Shown: positions 1 through 9,705 of the stretch, one piece after another
Layout: the number at the start of each line of letters is the position of its first letter
Position numbering within the stretch: the first letter of the stretch is position 1
Origin: Candidatus Gottesmanbacteria bacterium RIFCSPLOWO2_01_FULL_39_12b
Lineage (GTDB): Bacteria > Patescibacteriota > Microgenomatia > 2-02-FULL-39-11
Reading direction: 5' to 3'
DNA: 64,000 nucleotides
NCBI GenBank assembly: GCA_001780955.1
Contig: MFJR01000007.1
Span: 75,053-139,052, forward strand
Program-made: the position numbers and the translations under genes
The notes under the pieces: generated by a model
What the model was told of the DNA's origin: nothing
The model's database searches: none
What the model saw: the letters and a program-made list of their open reading frames with translations, nothing else

Positions 1-2
1 TA

Positions 3-251
3 GACCAGATTAAGAAATATGTAAATAAATATAAGAATCTGCAATTAATTGGTAGAAATGGAACTTTCCGCTATAACAATATGGATCATTCAATTGAGAT
101 GGGTTTATTTGCGGCTTGGAATATAATTTCTGGAGGCCATAAATATGATATCGAATCTGTCAATATCGAGAGAGAATATTTAGAAGAGAAAAAGATAGAA
201 AACGTCGAAGATGAAACACTAGAGGAATTAAATAATACCCAAACAGAATGA
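3..251 (+). CDS. C-terminal fragment of FAD-dependent oxidoreductase (UDP-galactopyranose mutase/HemY-like), truncated by window start
   Basis: Frame 3 reads ...LQLIGRNGTFRYNNMDHSIEMGLFAAWNII...; GRxGxxxYxNMDHS is the C-terminal FAD motif of this family; stop TGA 249-251 overlaps the next ATG (ATGA). Not in the ORF track. Confidence 0.8.
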   Translation, partial: DQIKKYVNKYKNLQLIGRNGTFRYNNMDHSIEMGLFAAWNIISGGHKYDIESVNIEREYLEEKKIENVEDETLEELNNTQTE

Positions 252-1003
252 AAACTAAACCAAGCTTTTTCTTAAAACACAAAGTAATTGTTGTTATGCC
301 TGCTTATAATGCAGAAAAGACATTAGAAAAGACGTATAACGATATCCCAAAAGACGTAGTAGATGAGGTTATAGTGGTGGATGATGATAGCCGGGATAAA
401 ACAGTCATTACGGCCAAACGATTAAATTTGAAAGTCATTGTTCATAAAAAAAACTTAGGATACGGAGGGAATCAAAAAACCTGCTACCGGGAAGCCCTAA
501 ATCTTGGGGCGGAAATCATAGTTATGATACATCCGGATTATCAGTATGATGCTAAATTAACTGGAGAACTTATCAAGCCAATTAAGGATAATCGTGTTGA
601 CATTATGTTAGGAAGTAGGATAAGAAGCAGAGCCGAAGCGTTAAAAGGAGGTATGCCTTTATATAAATATATAAGTAACAGATTTTTGACAGTAGTTGAA
701 AATATAATTCTGGGATTAAACTTATCTGAATACCATACTGGTTTTAGAGCGTATAGGAGAAATGTTTTAGAAACCTTACCTTTAAACGCTTTCTCTGATG
801 ATTTCGTGTTTGATCAGGAAATTCTTATTTCTGCTCATGCAAAAGGATTCAAAATGGGAGAAATCGCCGTACCCGTACGTTATTTTCCTGAAGCGTCATC
901 GATTAATTTTATTCGATCGCTTAGATACGGATTACAGATTATATATACCCTAGTTCTCTACCTTTTACATAATTTAGGTCTAAAGATTAATATATTCAAT
1001 TAA
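248..1003 (+). CDS. GT2 glycosyltransferase, DPM1-like (polyprenol-phosphate glycosyltransferase)
   Basis: VVMPAYNAEKT, VVDDDSRD, NLGYGGNQK, HPDYQY, GSR, EYHTGFRAY, FVFDQE motifs. Confidence 0.85.
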   Translation: MKTKPSFFLKHKVIVVMPAYNAEKTLEKTYNDIPKDVVDEVIVVDDDSRDKTVITAKRLNLKVIVHKKNLGYGGNQKTCYREALNLGAEIIVMIHPDYQYDAKLTGELIKPIKDNRVDIMLGSRIRSRAEALKGGMPLYKYISNRFLTVVENIILGLNLSEYHTGFRAYRRNVLETLPLNAFSDDFVFDQEILISAHAKGFKMGEIAVPVRYFPEASSINFIRSLRYGLQIIYTLVLYLLHNLGLKINIFN

Positions 1004-1021
1004 ATTTGAGGTGAATAATCC

Positions 1022-2674
1022 TTGATGAAGAAAATTGACTGGCTGATTTTATTCTCCATAATCTTTATATCAGTTGTAGTATTGAAAGATTTGTTCAAAC
1101 CGGGAATGTATACCAGCCATGACGGAATCCATCAGGTGGTTCGCTTTTATTACTTCGATCAGGCATTGCGTGATGGGCAAATTCCTCCCCGATGGGCACA
1201 GGGACTGTTGAATGGTTTTGGCTACCCCTTGTTTATTTTTTCTTATCATTTACCTTGGTTTATAGCCGAATTTGTACATATATTTGGCTCTTCAATTATT
1301 GATAGTGTAAAGCTGACTTTTCTTATAGGGTTTATACTGTCCGGGATAACAATGTACTTAGTGCAAAAAGATATATTTGGCAGATTGCCTGCCATTGTCG
1401 GTACAACTCTCTATCTTTTTGCACCTTACAGATTTTCCAATATATTTGTCCGGGCAGCGATAGGAGACGCAACTACTTTTATTTTCGCCCCGCTGTTTTT
1501 CTGGGCAATATGGAAGTTGAAAGAGGATTGGAATTGGAAATGGGTAATTTTAGGAGGAGTAGCTGTTGCCGGTCTTATATTATCTCACGTCATGGTAGCG
1601 GTACTTTTCCTGGGTGCAATGTTTATCTATTTTTGTCTCTCATTATTCTATGTAAAAAATAAATTTGCATATTTTAAAAGTTTACTCGCTGTACTAATTT
1701 TGGGTGGAGGAATATCGGCATATTATTTGATCCCGTCTGTTCTAGAAAGAGAAAATACACAGTTTTATGCTCTTATGAGCCAGATTTTTCTCGGCTCATA
1801 TTTTCCGAATATTTCTGATTTGATTTACTCTAAATGGGGATATGGAGTATTCCACGCAAAAGAAGGCGCAATGTCGGTACAATTGGGTTTAACACAGTGG
1901 CTCGCGTTCATACTTACGGTGGTGGGGATATTTATATTGCCGTTATTATCCAAAAAACTATCGATAAAAAATAAAAAATTGTTAAGTGACGGAAAAAATA
2001 TTATTTTGGTATTTGCTTTTACTATTTTTATGATGTTAGATGTCTCACTACCAATTTGGAAGTTTGTTAGCGGAATAGTATTTATTGATTTTCCCTGGAG
2101 ATTTTTGGCCGTATCGACCTTTTTAGTATCTTTGTGTGCAGGATTGTTGGTATCTTTATCAGGCAAAGTAAAAACTGTTTTAGCAATTTTATTAATTCTT
2201 TCCGCAATTTATTTCAACCGTAATAATTTGCATATCAATCAATCGCTACCTTGGGATTTAGCGTTTATCTTGAAGCTTGAAAGAACTACCAATACTTACG
2301 ATGAATATACTCCAAAATGGGTTAAATCTGAGTTGGTAAAAGAAAACGCTCCGAGAGTAGAATTGTCTGATTTGAAGTCCACATTCAGTATAAATAAAAA
2401 TACCACAAATAAATTAGATTTATCCATCAGTTCACCATCGGGAGGCAATTTGTTTGTCAACACAATCTATTATCCAGGTTGGGAAGCGACAATAAATGGA
2501 GTCAAAAGCAAAATCAGTTATGATAATGGTTTCATAAAATTGCCTCTGGTAAAGGGTGAGTCAAAAGTAGAGTTACGCTTTCAAGAGACGCCTTTGAGAG
2601 TCTTTAGTGATATTTTATCGATTTTAAGTATTTTTGTGGTTATTGTAGGGTTGATTAAACTGAGAAAACTATGA
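1022..2674 (+). CDS. Polytopic GT-C-type membrane protein (PTPS-related/YfhO-like)
   Basis: SHDGIHQ, PPRW...GFGYPLF in the first loop, many TM segments, FPWRFL, C-terminal YYPGWEATING typical of YfhO-like proteins. Confidence 0.75.
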   Translation: MMKKIDWLILFSIIFISVVVLKDLFKPGMYTSHDGIHQVVRFYYFDQALRDGQIPPRWAQGLLNGFGYPLFIFSYHLPWFIAEFVHIFGSSIIDSVKLTFLIGFILSGITMYLVQKDIFGRLPAIVGTTLYLFAPYRFSNIFVRAAIGDATTFIFAPLFFWAIWKLKEDWNWKWVILGGVAVAGLILSHVMVAVLFLGAMFIYFCLSLFYVKNKFAYFKSLLAVLILGGGISAYYLIPSVLERENTQFYALMSQIFLGSYFPNISDLIYSKWGYGVFHAKEGAMSVQLGLTQWLAFILTVVGIFILPLLSKKLSIKNKKLLSDGKNIILVFAFTIFMMLDVSLPIWKFVSGIVFIDFPWRFLAVSTFLVSLCAGLLVSLSGKVKTVLAILLILSAIYFNRNNLHINQSLPWDLAFILKLERTTNTYDEYTPKWVKSELVKENAPRVELSDLKSTFSINKNTTNKLDLSISSPSGGNLFVNTIYYPGWEATINGVKSKISYDNGFIKLPLVKGESKVELRFQETPLRVFSDILSILSIFVVIVGLIKLRKL

Positions 2675-3444
2675 ATAGGATTTCTTTGGCTATAGCTACA
2701 TTTAATGAGGAAGAAAATATTGGAAAATGTTTGGAAAGCGTTGCTGATTGGGTTGATGAAATTGTGGTAGTGGACGGATCATCTACAGATAGAACTGTTG
2801 AGATTTCCAATAAATATAAAGCCAAAGTTAAAGTGGTTGATAATCCACCTAATTTTCATTTAAACAAACAAAAAGCCATTGATTTTTGCAGTGGAGAATG
2901 GATACTTCAATTGGATGCGGATGAAGTTGTTTCTGAAGAATTAAAAAATGAAATACTTTCGGTTATAAACCCACAACCGATTAATGGTTATTGGATTCCC
3001 AGACAAAATTATTTCTTGGGAAAATTCTTAAGTAAGGGTGGTCAGTATCCAGATTACACTCTTAGACTTTATAGAAGAGGAAAAGGAAAGTTACCTTGTA
3101 AGAGCGTGCATGAACAAGCACAAGTAGAGGGTGAAGTCGGGTATCTAAAAAATCCGCTTTTGCATTATCCCTATCCTGATTTTACCCATTACCTTGAACA
3201 TTTTAATAGATATACTGATATTTTTGCAGAAGAATTGCGAGTGCAGAATCTGAAAATATCGATAATTCAGACTTTGAATTATCTATTGTTTAAACCTGCA
3301 TTTTGGTTTCTGAAAACTTATTTCAGGCATAAAGGATTTATGGATGGGTTTGCCGGTTTCCTATTCAGTTTTTTTTCGGCACTTCGATTTCCAGTCGCCT
3401 ATTTTAAATATGGGAAAAAATTAATTCGTAAATCGAAATTATAA
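2671..3444 (+). CDS. GT2 glycosyltransferase (WaaE/KdtX beta-1,4-glucosyltransferase-like)
   Basis: ATFNEEENI, VDGSSTDRT, WILQLDADE, YPDYTLRL, VHE, GFMDGFAG. Confidence 0.85.
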   Translation: MNRISLAIATFNEEENIGKCLESVADWVDEIVVVDGSSTDRTVEISNKYKAKVKVVDNPPNFHLNKQKAIDFCSGEWILQLDADEVVSEELKNEILSVINPQPINGYWIPRQNYFLGKFLSKGGQYPDYTLRLYRRGKGKLPCKSVHEQAQVEGEVGYLKNPLLHYPYPDFTHYLEHFNRYTDIFAEELRVQNLKISIIQTLNYLLFKPAFWFLKTYFRHKGFMDGFAGFLFSFFSALRFPVAYFKYGKKLIRKSKL

Positions 3445-4490
3445 TGAAACAAATTAAAATAGCTTTGGTTAATCCGCCACTGCCTGGTCATAAGCAAAGG
3501 GGAACCGGAACATACCTTGAGGAATTAATTAAAGCCTTAAATAAGTGCACAGAAATAGAGGTTACTTTGGTCAGGATCAATTCTGATATATCGAAATTTG
3601 ATTTAGTACATTATCCCTATTACGATCCATTTTTTTTAACTCTTCCGCTTATTAAGATCAAGCCAACAGTTGTAACAGTCCATGATATGATTCCCCTTAA
3701 ATTTCCAAATTATTTCCAGAAAGGTTTGAGAGGAGAAATAAAGTGGTTAATCCAAAGACAATCATTAAAAGGAGCAAAAACCATAATCACTGATTCTTAT
3801 GCATCAAAAAAAGACATCGTGAAGTTTACCGCGATTAGTGAGGAGAAAATCAATGTAATTTATCTGGGAGTAAGAGAGGAATTTAAAGTCATCAGTTCTC
3901 AGAAGGAATTGGATGAAGTGAGAGTGAAATACAGCTTGCCGTCAAGTTTTATCCTGTATGTAGGCGACGTAAATTACAATAAAAATATTCCCGGTATTAT
4001 TAAGTCATTCCTTTCTGCTACCCAAAAATTCGAAAATATTTATCTGGTTTTGGTAGGAAATGGTTTTATAAATAATTCTATCCAATTATCAGATATTAAT
4101 AATTTAATTTCTAAACTTCGATTGGAAGAAAAAGTGATAAAACTGGGTTTTATCGATCTCTCTGATCTAGCGGGAATATATAATCTGGCCAAAGTCTATC
4201 TGCAACCCTCTTTTGCTGAGGGGTTCGGTTTACCCATACTTGAAGCAATGGCATGCGGATGTCCTGTAGTGACAACTAATACGTCAAGCCTGCCGGAATT
4301 AACAGGAGAAGCGGCAATAAAATTAGATCCAAAAAATTATCAAACACTGGCTAGATCTATCATTGAACTTATTGAAAATGCTTCATTAAGGGATCAATTA
4401 ATAAAAAAAGGTATTGAGCGAGCCAAAAAATTCAGTTGGGATAAGTGCTCTCAGGAAACAATTAAAGCGTACAAAAAGGCCTTAGAATGA
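3444..4490 (+). CDS. GT4 glycosyltransferase (MtfB/WbdB-like)
   Basis: TVHDMIP, KNI, EGFGLPILEAMACGCPV, FSW. Confidence 0.9.
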   Translation: MKQIKIALVNPPLPGHKQRGTGTYLEELIKALNKCTEIEVTLVRINSDISKFDLVHYPYYDPFFLTLPLIKIKPTVVTVHDMIPLKFPNYFQKGLRGEIKWLIQRQSLKGAKTIITDSYASKKDIVKFTAISEEKINVIYLGVREEFKVISSQKELDEVRVKYSLPSSFILYVGDVNYNKNIPGIIKSFLSATQKFENIYLVLVGNGFINNSIQLSDINNLISKLRLEEKVIKLGFIDLSDLAGIYNLAKVYLQPSFAEGFGLPILEAMACGCPVVTTNTSSLPELTGEAAIKLDPKNYQTLARSIIELIENASLRDQLIKKGIERAKKFSWDKCSQETIKAYKKALE

Positions 4491-5650
4491 ATATATTTAT
4501 AATCTCTATTTTTTTCTTTTGGAGAGTATTTCTTTTTTTTGTAGCCTGGACAGGCGAGAAATTTCTCCCATTTTCCCCAAGATTTCCTTATTCAGATATA
4601 TTGCTCATAACGTCCCATCTGCCTAGTTGGTTATGGTCTTTTGCTAATTTTGACGGTGTGCATTATTTAACAATTGCTAAATCGTCCTATTCAGCCCAGT
4701 TTACACAGGTTTTTTTCCCGCTCTATCCTATCCTTGTTGGAATCATATCGAAACTATTCCCTATCTTGAATTTAATTACGGTCGGCTTGATCGTATCAAA
4801 TCTATCCTTTTTTTTGAGTTTAGAAATCTTTTTTAAACTATTAAAACTTGATTATAAAAAGAGTGACATAAAAATTATCTTATTATTTCTAATCAGTTTC
4901 CCAACCTCTTTTTACTTTGGGAGTTTTTATTCCGAAAGCGTTTTCTTATTTTTTATTCTTTGTTCTTTTTATCTCGCTCGTACAAAAAGATGGTGGTTGT
5001 CTGGATTTTTTGGCGCGGCCGCGTCTGCTACAAGACTAGTTGGGATATTTTTACTGCCGGCCTTACTTTGGGAATGGCATCAAAACGAATTCAAAGTTAA
5101 AAGTTCAAAATATAAAGTTTCCAATTTCCATTCTCTATTATCTATTTTCCGTTCTCCAATTACATATCTAGTTCCTCTTGGATTAATAATATATATGCTT
5201 TATTTGCAGATTAATTTCGGAGACTTTCTATATTTCTGGCATTCTCAACCGATTTTTGGGGCAGAAAGAAGTGGGAGTTCAATCATATTACTTCCTCAAG
5301 TAATCGTAAGATATATAAGGATTTTAATATTAGTAGACTACACTCAGGAGATATATTGGATTGCACTTTTAGAACTATTGATAACTGTTTTTGCTTTTAC
5401 CGCGCTTATCATCGGACATATTAGAAAAGTTAGGCTATCATATCTAATTTTTTCCTGGTTGACAGTACTGACCCCTACACTTACCGGTACGTTTTCTAGT
5501 ATGCCTAGGTATGTACTGCTAGCGTTACCGATGTATATCGTTTTAGGATTGATAAAGAACAGATTATCAAAAATATGTATTTTAGCCGTTTTTATTAGTT
5601 TGCTTCTTTTTCTGACCGTATTATTTACTAGAGGTCATTGGGTGGGTTAA
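4487..5650 (+). CDS. GT-C mannosyltransferase, PIG-V-like (GT76-like)
   Basis: NFDGVHYLTIA, FFPLYP, YSESVFL, TRLVG, SMPRY; multiple TM helices. Confidence 0.75.
   Translation: MNIFIISIFFFWRVFLFFVAWTGEKFLPFSPRFPYSDILLITSHLPSWLWSFANFDGVHYLTIAKSSYSAQFTQVFFPLYPILVGIISKLFPILNLITVGLIVSNLSFFLSLEIFFKLLKLDYKKSDIKIILLFLISFPTSFYFGSFYSESVFLFFILCSFYLARTKRWWLSGFFGAAASATRLVGIFLLPALLWEWHQNEFKVKSSKYKVSNFHSLLSIFRSPITYLVPLGLIIYMLYLQINFGDFLYFWHSQPIFGAERSGSSIILLPQVIVRYIRILILVDYTQEIYWIALLELLITVFAFTALIIGHIRKVRLSYLIFSWLTVLTPTLTGTFSSMPRYVLLALPMYIVLGLIKNRLSKICILAVFISLLLFLTVLFTRGHWVG
5090..5159 (+). repeat. Degenerate 7-nt periodic tract (10 heptads) inside the PIG-V-like gene
   Basis: ttcaaag ttaaaag ttcaaaa tataaag tttccaa tttccat tctctat tatctat tttccgt tctccaa; encodes FKVKSSKYKVSNFHSLLSIFRSP. 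Confidence 0.6.
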
Positions 5651-5663
5651 AGATCAATAAATT

Positions 5664-5672
5664 TGTTATAAT
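5664..5672 (+). promoter_or_regulatory. Extended -10 element (TGnTATAAT) 6 nt before the wzm ATG
   Basis: TGTTATAAT at 5664-5672, ATG at 5679, no SD. Confidence 0.55.
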
Positions 5673-5678
5673 CATCCT

Positions 5679-6461
5679 ATGTTTAAAGATATAGTAGTTT
5701 TTTTGCGCTATAAGGATTTGTTAATTAATCTGACAGAGAGAGAAATTAAAGCTCGCTATAAACAGTCCATACTGGGCTATTTTTGGGTTATTCTTAACCC
5801 TTTTTTGCAAATGCTGGTAATGACTTTTATCTTTTCTATTGTTATGAAAGTACCCTCATTAGGAGTACCTTACCCAATATTTTTATATGTAGCTCTCCTA
5901 CCATGGAACTTTTTTTCCAACTCGCTTTCTTCTTCAATGAATAGTTTGGTTGCAAATAGTTCATTGATTACAAAAATATATTTCCCAAGGGAAATCTTGG
6001 TTTACTCTACGGTTTTTGCGAAAGTAATCGATCTTATACTGGCAGTATCTATACTTGTGATATTTATGATAATTTATAGAATACCAGTTTCAACTAGAAT
6101 TCTATGGGTCCCGGTTATATTTATAATCCAACTTATTTTTACCACCGGCCTCTCTCTGATACTGTCAACTTTTAATCTATTTTACAGAGATATACAGTAT
6201 TTAGTAAGTTTAATGTTAATGTTATGGATGTATTTAACACCCGTAATCTATCCGGTTGAAATAATTCCAAACGAATACAGATTCATTCTCTCCTTAAACC
6301 CTATGGCTGTATTTGTTAATGCATATAGACAGGTTATTCTAGGCGGCGGCGATCCAAACCTTAATAGTTTAATAATAGGTGTGATTGTATCTTTATTTGT
6401 TTTCCTGGCAGGATTTTCGATATTCAAGAAATTAGAGGGAATTTTTTCTGATGTAGTTTAA
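5679..6461 (+). CDS. wzm: ABC-2 polysaccharide exporter permease
   Basis: REIKARYKQSILGYFWVILNP, KIYFPRE, YRDIQY, YLTPVIYP, LNPM. Confidence 0.92.
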   Translation: MFKDIVVFLRYKDLLINLTEREIKARYKQSILGYFWVILNPFLQMLVMTFIFSIVMKVPSLGVPYPIFLYVALLPWNFFSNSLSSSMNSLVANSSLITKIYFPREILVYSTVFAKVIDLILAVSILVIFMIIYRIPVSTRILWVPVIFIIQLIFTTGLSLILSTFNLFYRDIQYLVSLMLMLWMYLTPVIYPVEIIPNEYRFILSLNPMAVFVNAYRQVILGGGDPNLNSLIIGVIVSLFVFLAGFSIFKKLEGIFSDVV

Positions 6462-6465
6462 ATTT

Positions 6466-7215
6466 ATGGATAATAATCAGTCAAATCATACTCAAGTACT
6501 TAATATTAATAGAGTTTCTAAAAAATATTTCCTTCAGAAGCAGAAAACTTTTAAAGAATTCTTACCCTCATTAGTGTTAGGAGGTACTTGGGCTAAGGAT
6601 TTTTGGGCTTTGAAGTCAATCAATATCTCCCTAAACAAAGGAGATTCATTAGCGGTGGTTGGTAAAAACGGCGCTGGTAAATCTACACTGTTAAAACTTA
6701 TTGCCGGCGTTACCTCTCCGACTGTAGGTAAAATTATGGTTAAGGGCCGTGTAGCTCCCCTGATTGAATTGGGTGCAGGTTTTCACCCTGAACTGACGGG
6801 AAAAGAGAATATCTATCTGAATGGGTCGATTTTGGGTATGAAAAGGGGCGAAATTGACAAAAAATATCATGAGATCGTTGAGTTTTCAGAACTGCGAGAG
6901 TTTATAGATCAACCGATCAAGCATTATTCTTCTGGAATGTATATGAGGTTAGCCTTTTCAGTGGCCATTGCGGAAATGCCGGAAATACTGCTTATCGATG
7001 AAATCTTTGCGGTTGGGGATGCTGATTTTCAAAAAAAATGTCTTGACAAATTGAAAGAATTTCAAAAGAACAAAGTTTGCATGATTATTGTTAGTCATTC
7101 CCTTGAACAAATAAAGAATTTTTGCAATTTGGGTATGGTTCTTAGGAAAGGTGAGCAGGTATTTTTCGGTGAGATTAATCAGGCAATTGAGACTTATAAG
7201 AAGTTATTAGATTAA
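6466..7215 (+). CDS. wzt: ABC polysaccharide exporter ATPase without C-terminal carbohydrate-binding domain
   Basis: Walker A GKNGAGKST, ELGAGFHPELTGKEN, YSSGMYMRLAFS, LLIDE, GDADFQKKC; only 249 aa. Confidence 0.92.
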   Translation: MDNNQSNHTQVLNINRVSKKYFLQKQKTFKEFLPSLVLGGTWAKDFWALKSINISLNKGDSLAVVGKNGAGKSTLLKLIAGVTSPTVGKIMVKGRVAPLIELGAGFHPELTGKENIYLNGSILGMKRGEIDKKYHEIVEFSELREFIDQPIKHYSSGMYMRLAFSVAIAEMPEILLIDEIFAVGDADFQKKCLDKLKEFQKNKVCMIIVSHSLEQIKNFCNLGMVLRKGEQVFFGEINQAIETYKKLLD

Positions 7216-7218
7216 CTT

Positions 7219-8571
7219 ATGAATATAGCCTTTGATATTAGTCCTTTAATTTCGGCATCAGGATCATTTGGGGATAAATCTGGGGTATATCGGTACACTT
7301 ACGGTCTAATTTCTAGTCTGAGTAGTCTCCTATTAAGGATAGATAAAAAGTCGAAAATCTTCTTATTTTCTTTTAATCGCGATCTTCTGACCTATCCTTT
7401 AAATCCAGATATCTTGCAAGTCTTATCCGCTAGAAATATTACTTTTTTTAAAAAAGTCCCCAAATTTAAATTAGATGAATCAGGCGACTTTTTCACAGAT
7501 AGCTACGTTTTCAAATCTATCCATACTCTTGTAAAAAACCTATTTAAGTTGAATATGAAATCTATGTATGAAAATTACATCAATAACATCCGTTTTAAAA
7601 AATATATTAAGTTTTTACGAAACGAGTTTGCTAGACTAAAAATAAATATAATCTATCATTCAGAGACCGCTTTTTATCCATTACAAGAGTATATTAATGT
7701 TATGACAATATATGATTTAACTCCAATTATTTCTCCTGAAATGCATAGAGATGAAAATATTGACCTGCAAAAAAGAAAGCTTAAATTCGCCAGTAAATAC
7801 TGTCAGGGAATAGTTTGCATCAGTAAATCAACAAAAAACGATTTGCTTAGAAATTCAAACATCTGGAAAAATAAAAAAATTATTGTGGCTTATCCCGGAT
7901 TAGATCAGGTATTTGCTAATGCATCAAAAAAACCGGTAGATTCAAACAAACTATTTCGCAATCTTAATTTGATTATTAAGTCAAGAAACCAAAAAATCCA
8001 AAAAAATAAATATTTACTATACTATGGAACTTTTGAACCTCGTAAGAACTTAATTTATCTGATTAAAGCCTTTATAAATTTACAAAACGAAAGAGAAATT
8101 CCGTCTAATTATAAGTTGATATTAATTGGAGGAGAAGGATGGGGAGGAGTGAAAGGATCGATAAATAATTATATTGACGAACAATTTCCAATTGACAAGG
8201 ATAAAAATATCATATTATTGGATTATTTAAGTGATAAATACGTGATCGAATTCATCAAAAATTCATACTGTGTCATATATCCCAGTTTGTATGAAGGATT
8301 TGGCTTGCCTGTTCTGGAAAGTATGTCGTTAGGAAAGGCGGTAATTTGTTCTGATAATTCATCTTTGCCTGAAGTAGGAAATAGATCAGTTTTATACGTT
8401 GACGCTTCGGATTATTATGATATTAAGCAAAAAATAAAATACCTGATCAATAATCCAGAGATTGCTAAATCAATGGGTCTTGAAGGGATGGAACAAAGTA
8501 ACAAGTTCAGGTGGGAAAAAACGGCAATAAAAGTATATAAATTTCTTACTGAGTTAAGTAATGAATATTAG
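7219..8571 (+). CDS. GT4 glycosyltransferase
   Basis: TIYDLTP, GTFEPRKNL, YEGFGLPVLESM. Confidence 0.88.
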   Translation: MNIAFDISPLISASGSFGDKSGVYRYTYGLISSLSSLLLRIDKKSKIFLFSFNRDLLTYPLNPDILQVLSARNITFFKKVPKFKLDESGDFFTDSYVFKSIHTLVKNLFKLNMKSMYENYINNIRFKKYIKFLRNEFARLKINIIYHSETAFYPLQEYINVMTIYDLTPIISPEMHRDENIDLQKRKLKFASKYCQGIVCISKSTKNDLLRNSNIWKNKKIIVAYPGLDQVFANASKKPVDSNKLFRNLNLIIKSRNQKIQKNKYLLYYGTFEPRKNLIYLIKAFINLQNEREIPSNYKLILIGGEGWGGVKGSINNYIDEQFPIDKDKNIILLDYLSDKYVIEFIKNSYCVIYPSLYEGFGLPVLESMSLGKAVICSDNSSLPEVGNRSVLYVDASDYYDIKQKIKYLINNPEIAKSMGLEGMEQSNKFRWEKTAIKVYKFLTELSNEY

Positions 8572-8583
8572 CTTATAATCGCG

Positions 8584-9705
8584 ATGAAGATAGGAATTGA
8601 TATCAGCATGCTGGCATACACAGGAAGTGGGGTAGCAACATACACCTATAACTTAGCAAAGAACTTGCTAATATATGATAAGAAAAATGAATATATTCTC
8701 TTCTACAGCTCATTTAGAAAGCCAAGGGGTTTTTATTACCTGATAGAATTGGAGAGACTGGGAGGGAAAATAATTAACCTCATCCTTCCGCATACATTTC
8801 TCAAATTATGCTGGAATAAATTTAGTTTGCTTCCTGTTGAGCGCTTTATAGGTAAAGTCGACGTTTTTCATTCTTCTGATTATCTTAGACCACCTTTATT
8901 TAAGAATACTTTAGGAATTACGACGATTCATGATCTGACCTGGAAAATATTCCCTGAATTTCATACCAAAGAAATAATAGAAGCTCATGAAAATAAACTG
9001 GAAAAGACAGTAATCTTTGGTGATATAATTATCGTTGATTCTTATAACACTAAAAAAGATCTTATTAAATATTATCCTCAATTGCACCCAAAAAATATTT
9101 TCGTTATCTATCCCGGAGTCGATAATAAGTTTAAACCCATTAAAGATGAGCAGTTAGTAAAAAAGAAATTGACTAAGTATGGTATTGATACCAGAAATAG
9201 ATTTTTGCTCTATGTTGGAGCAATAGAACCGCGTAAAAATTTAGTTACCGCCATAAAGTTATATTACGAGTTGATAAAAGACAGAAGCTATTCCGATTTT
9301 AATTTTATTATAGTCGGCCGGGCTGGTTGGAAAAACGAAGAGGTTTTCCAAACAATCAATAATTTAAAATTAACTGATAAAGTGAAGATTATTGGCTTTG
9401 TTGAGGATCAAGATCTGCCATATATTTATAACGCGGCGCAGGTTTTTATTTATCTATCAAAATACGAAGGATTTGGATTGCCGCCTCTGGAAGCAGGCAA
9501 ATGCGGGATTCCTTCCCTGATTTACCTTAATTCTTCGCTTCAGGAAATTTTTCCTTCCGATTATCCGTTTGCCCAAAAAGGTAGCGAATTGGAAACTTTA
9601 ATTGATTTAATTAAAATACGGTACAAACCGTATCAAAAACATTTGGAAAAATTTAGCTGGAAATCTTACTGCGATATATATCTAGATATCGTCAAAAGTC
9701 ATTGA
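8584..9705 (+). CDS. GT4 glycosyltransferase
   Basis: SGVATY, TIHDL, GAIEPRKNL, YEGFGLPPLEA. Confidence 0.88.
   Translation: MKIGIDISMLAYTGSGVATYTYNLAKNLLIYDKKNEYILFYSSFRKPRGFYYLIELERLGGKIINLILPHTFLKLCWNKFSLLPVERFIGKVDVFHSSDYLRPPLFKNTLGITTIHDLTWKIFPEFHTKEIIEAHENKLEKTVIFGDIIIVDSYNTKKDLIKYYPQLHPKNIFVIYPGVDNKFKPIKDEQLVKKKLTKYGIDTRNRFLLYVGAIEPRKNLVTAIKLYYELIKDRSYSDFNFIIVGRAGWKNEEVFQTINNLKLTDKVKIIGFVEDQDLPYIYNAAQVFIYLSKYEGFGLPPLEAGKCGIPSLIYLNSSLQEIFPSDYPFAQKGSELETLIDLIKIRYKPYQKHLEKFSWKSYCDIYLDIVKSH

Noticed and set aside
3406-3444. Possible 1-nt deletion near the GT2 C-terminus (an alternate frame would read KYWEKINS*)
   Set aside because: The current frame ends in a TAATG stop-start overlap with the next gene and only a few residues are affected; cannot be supported without homolog alignment
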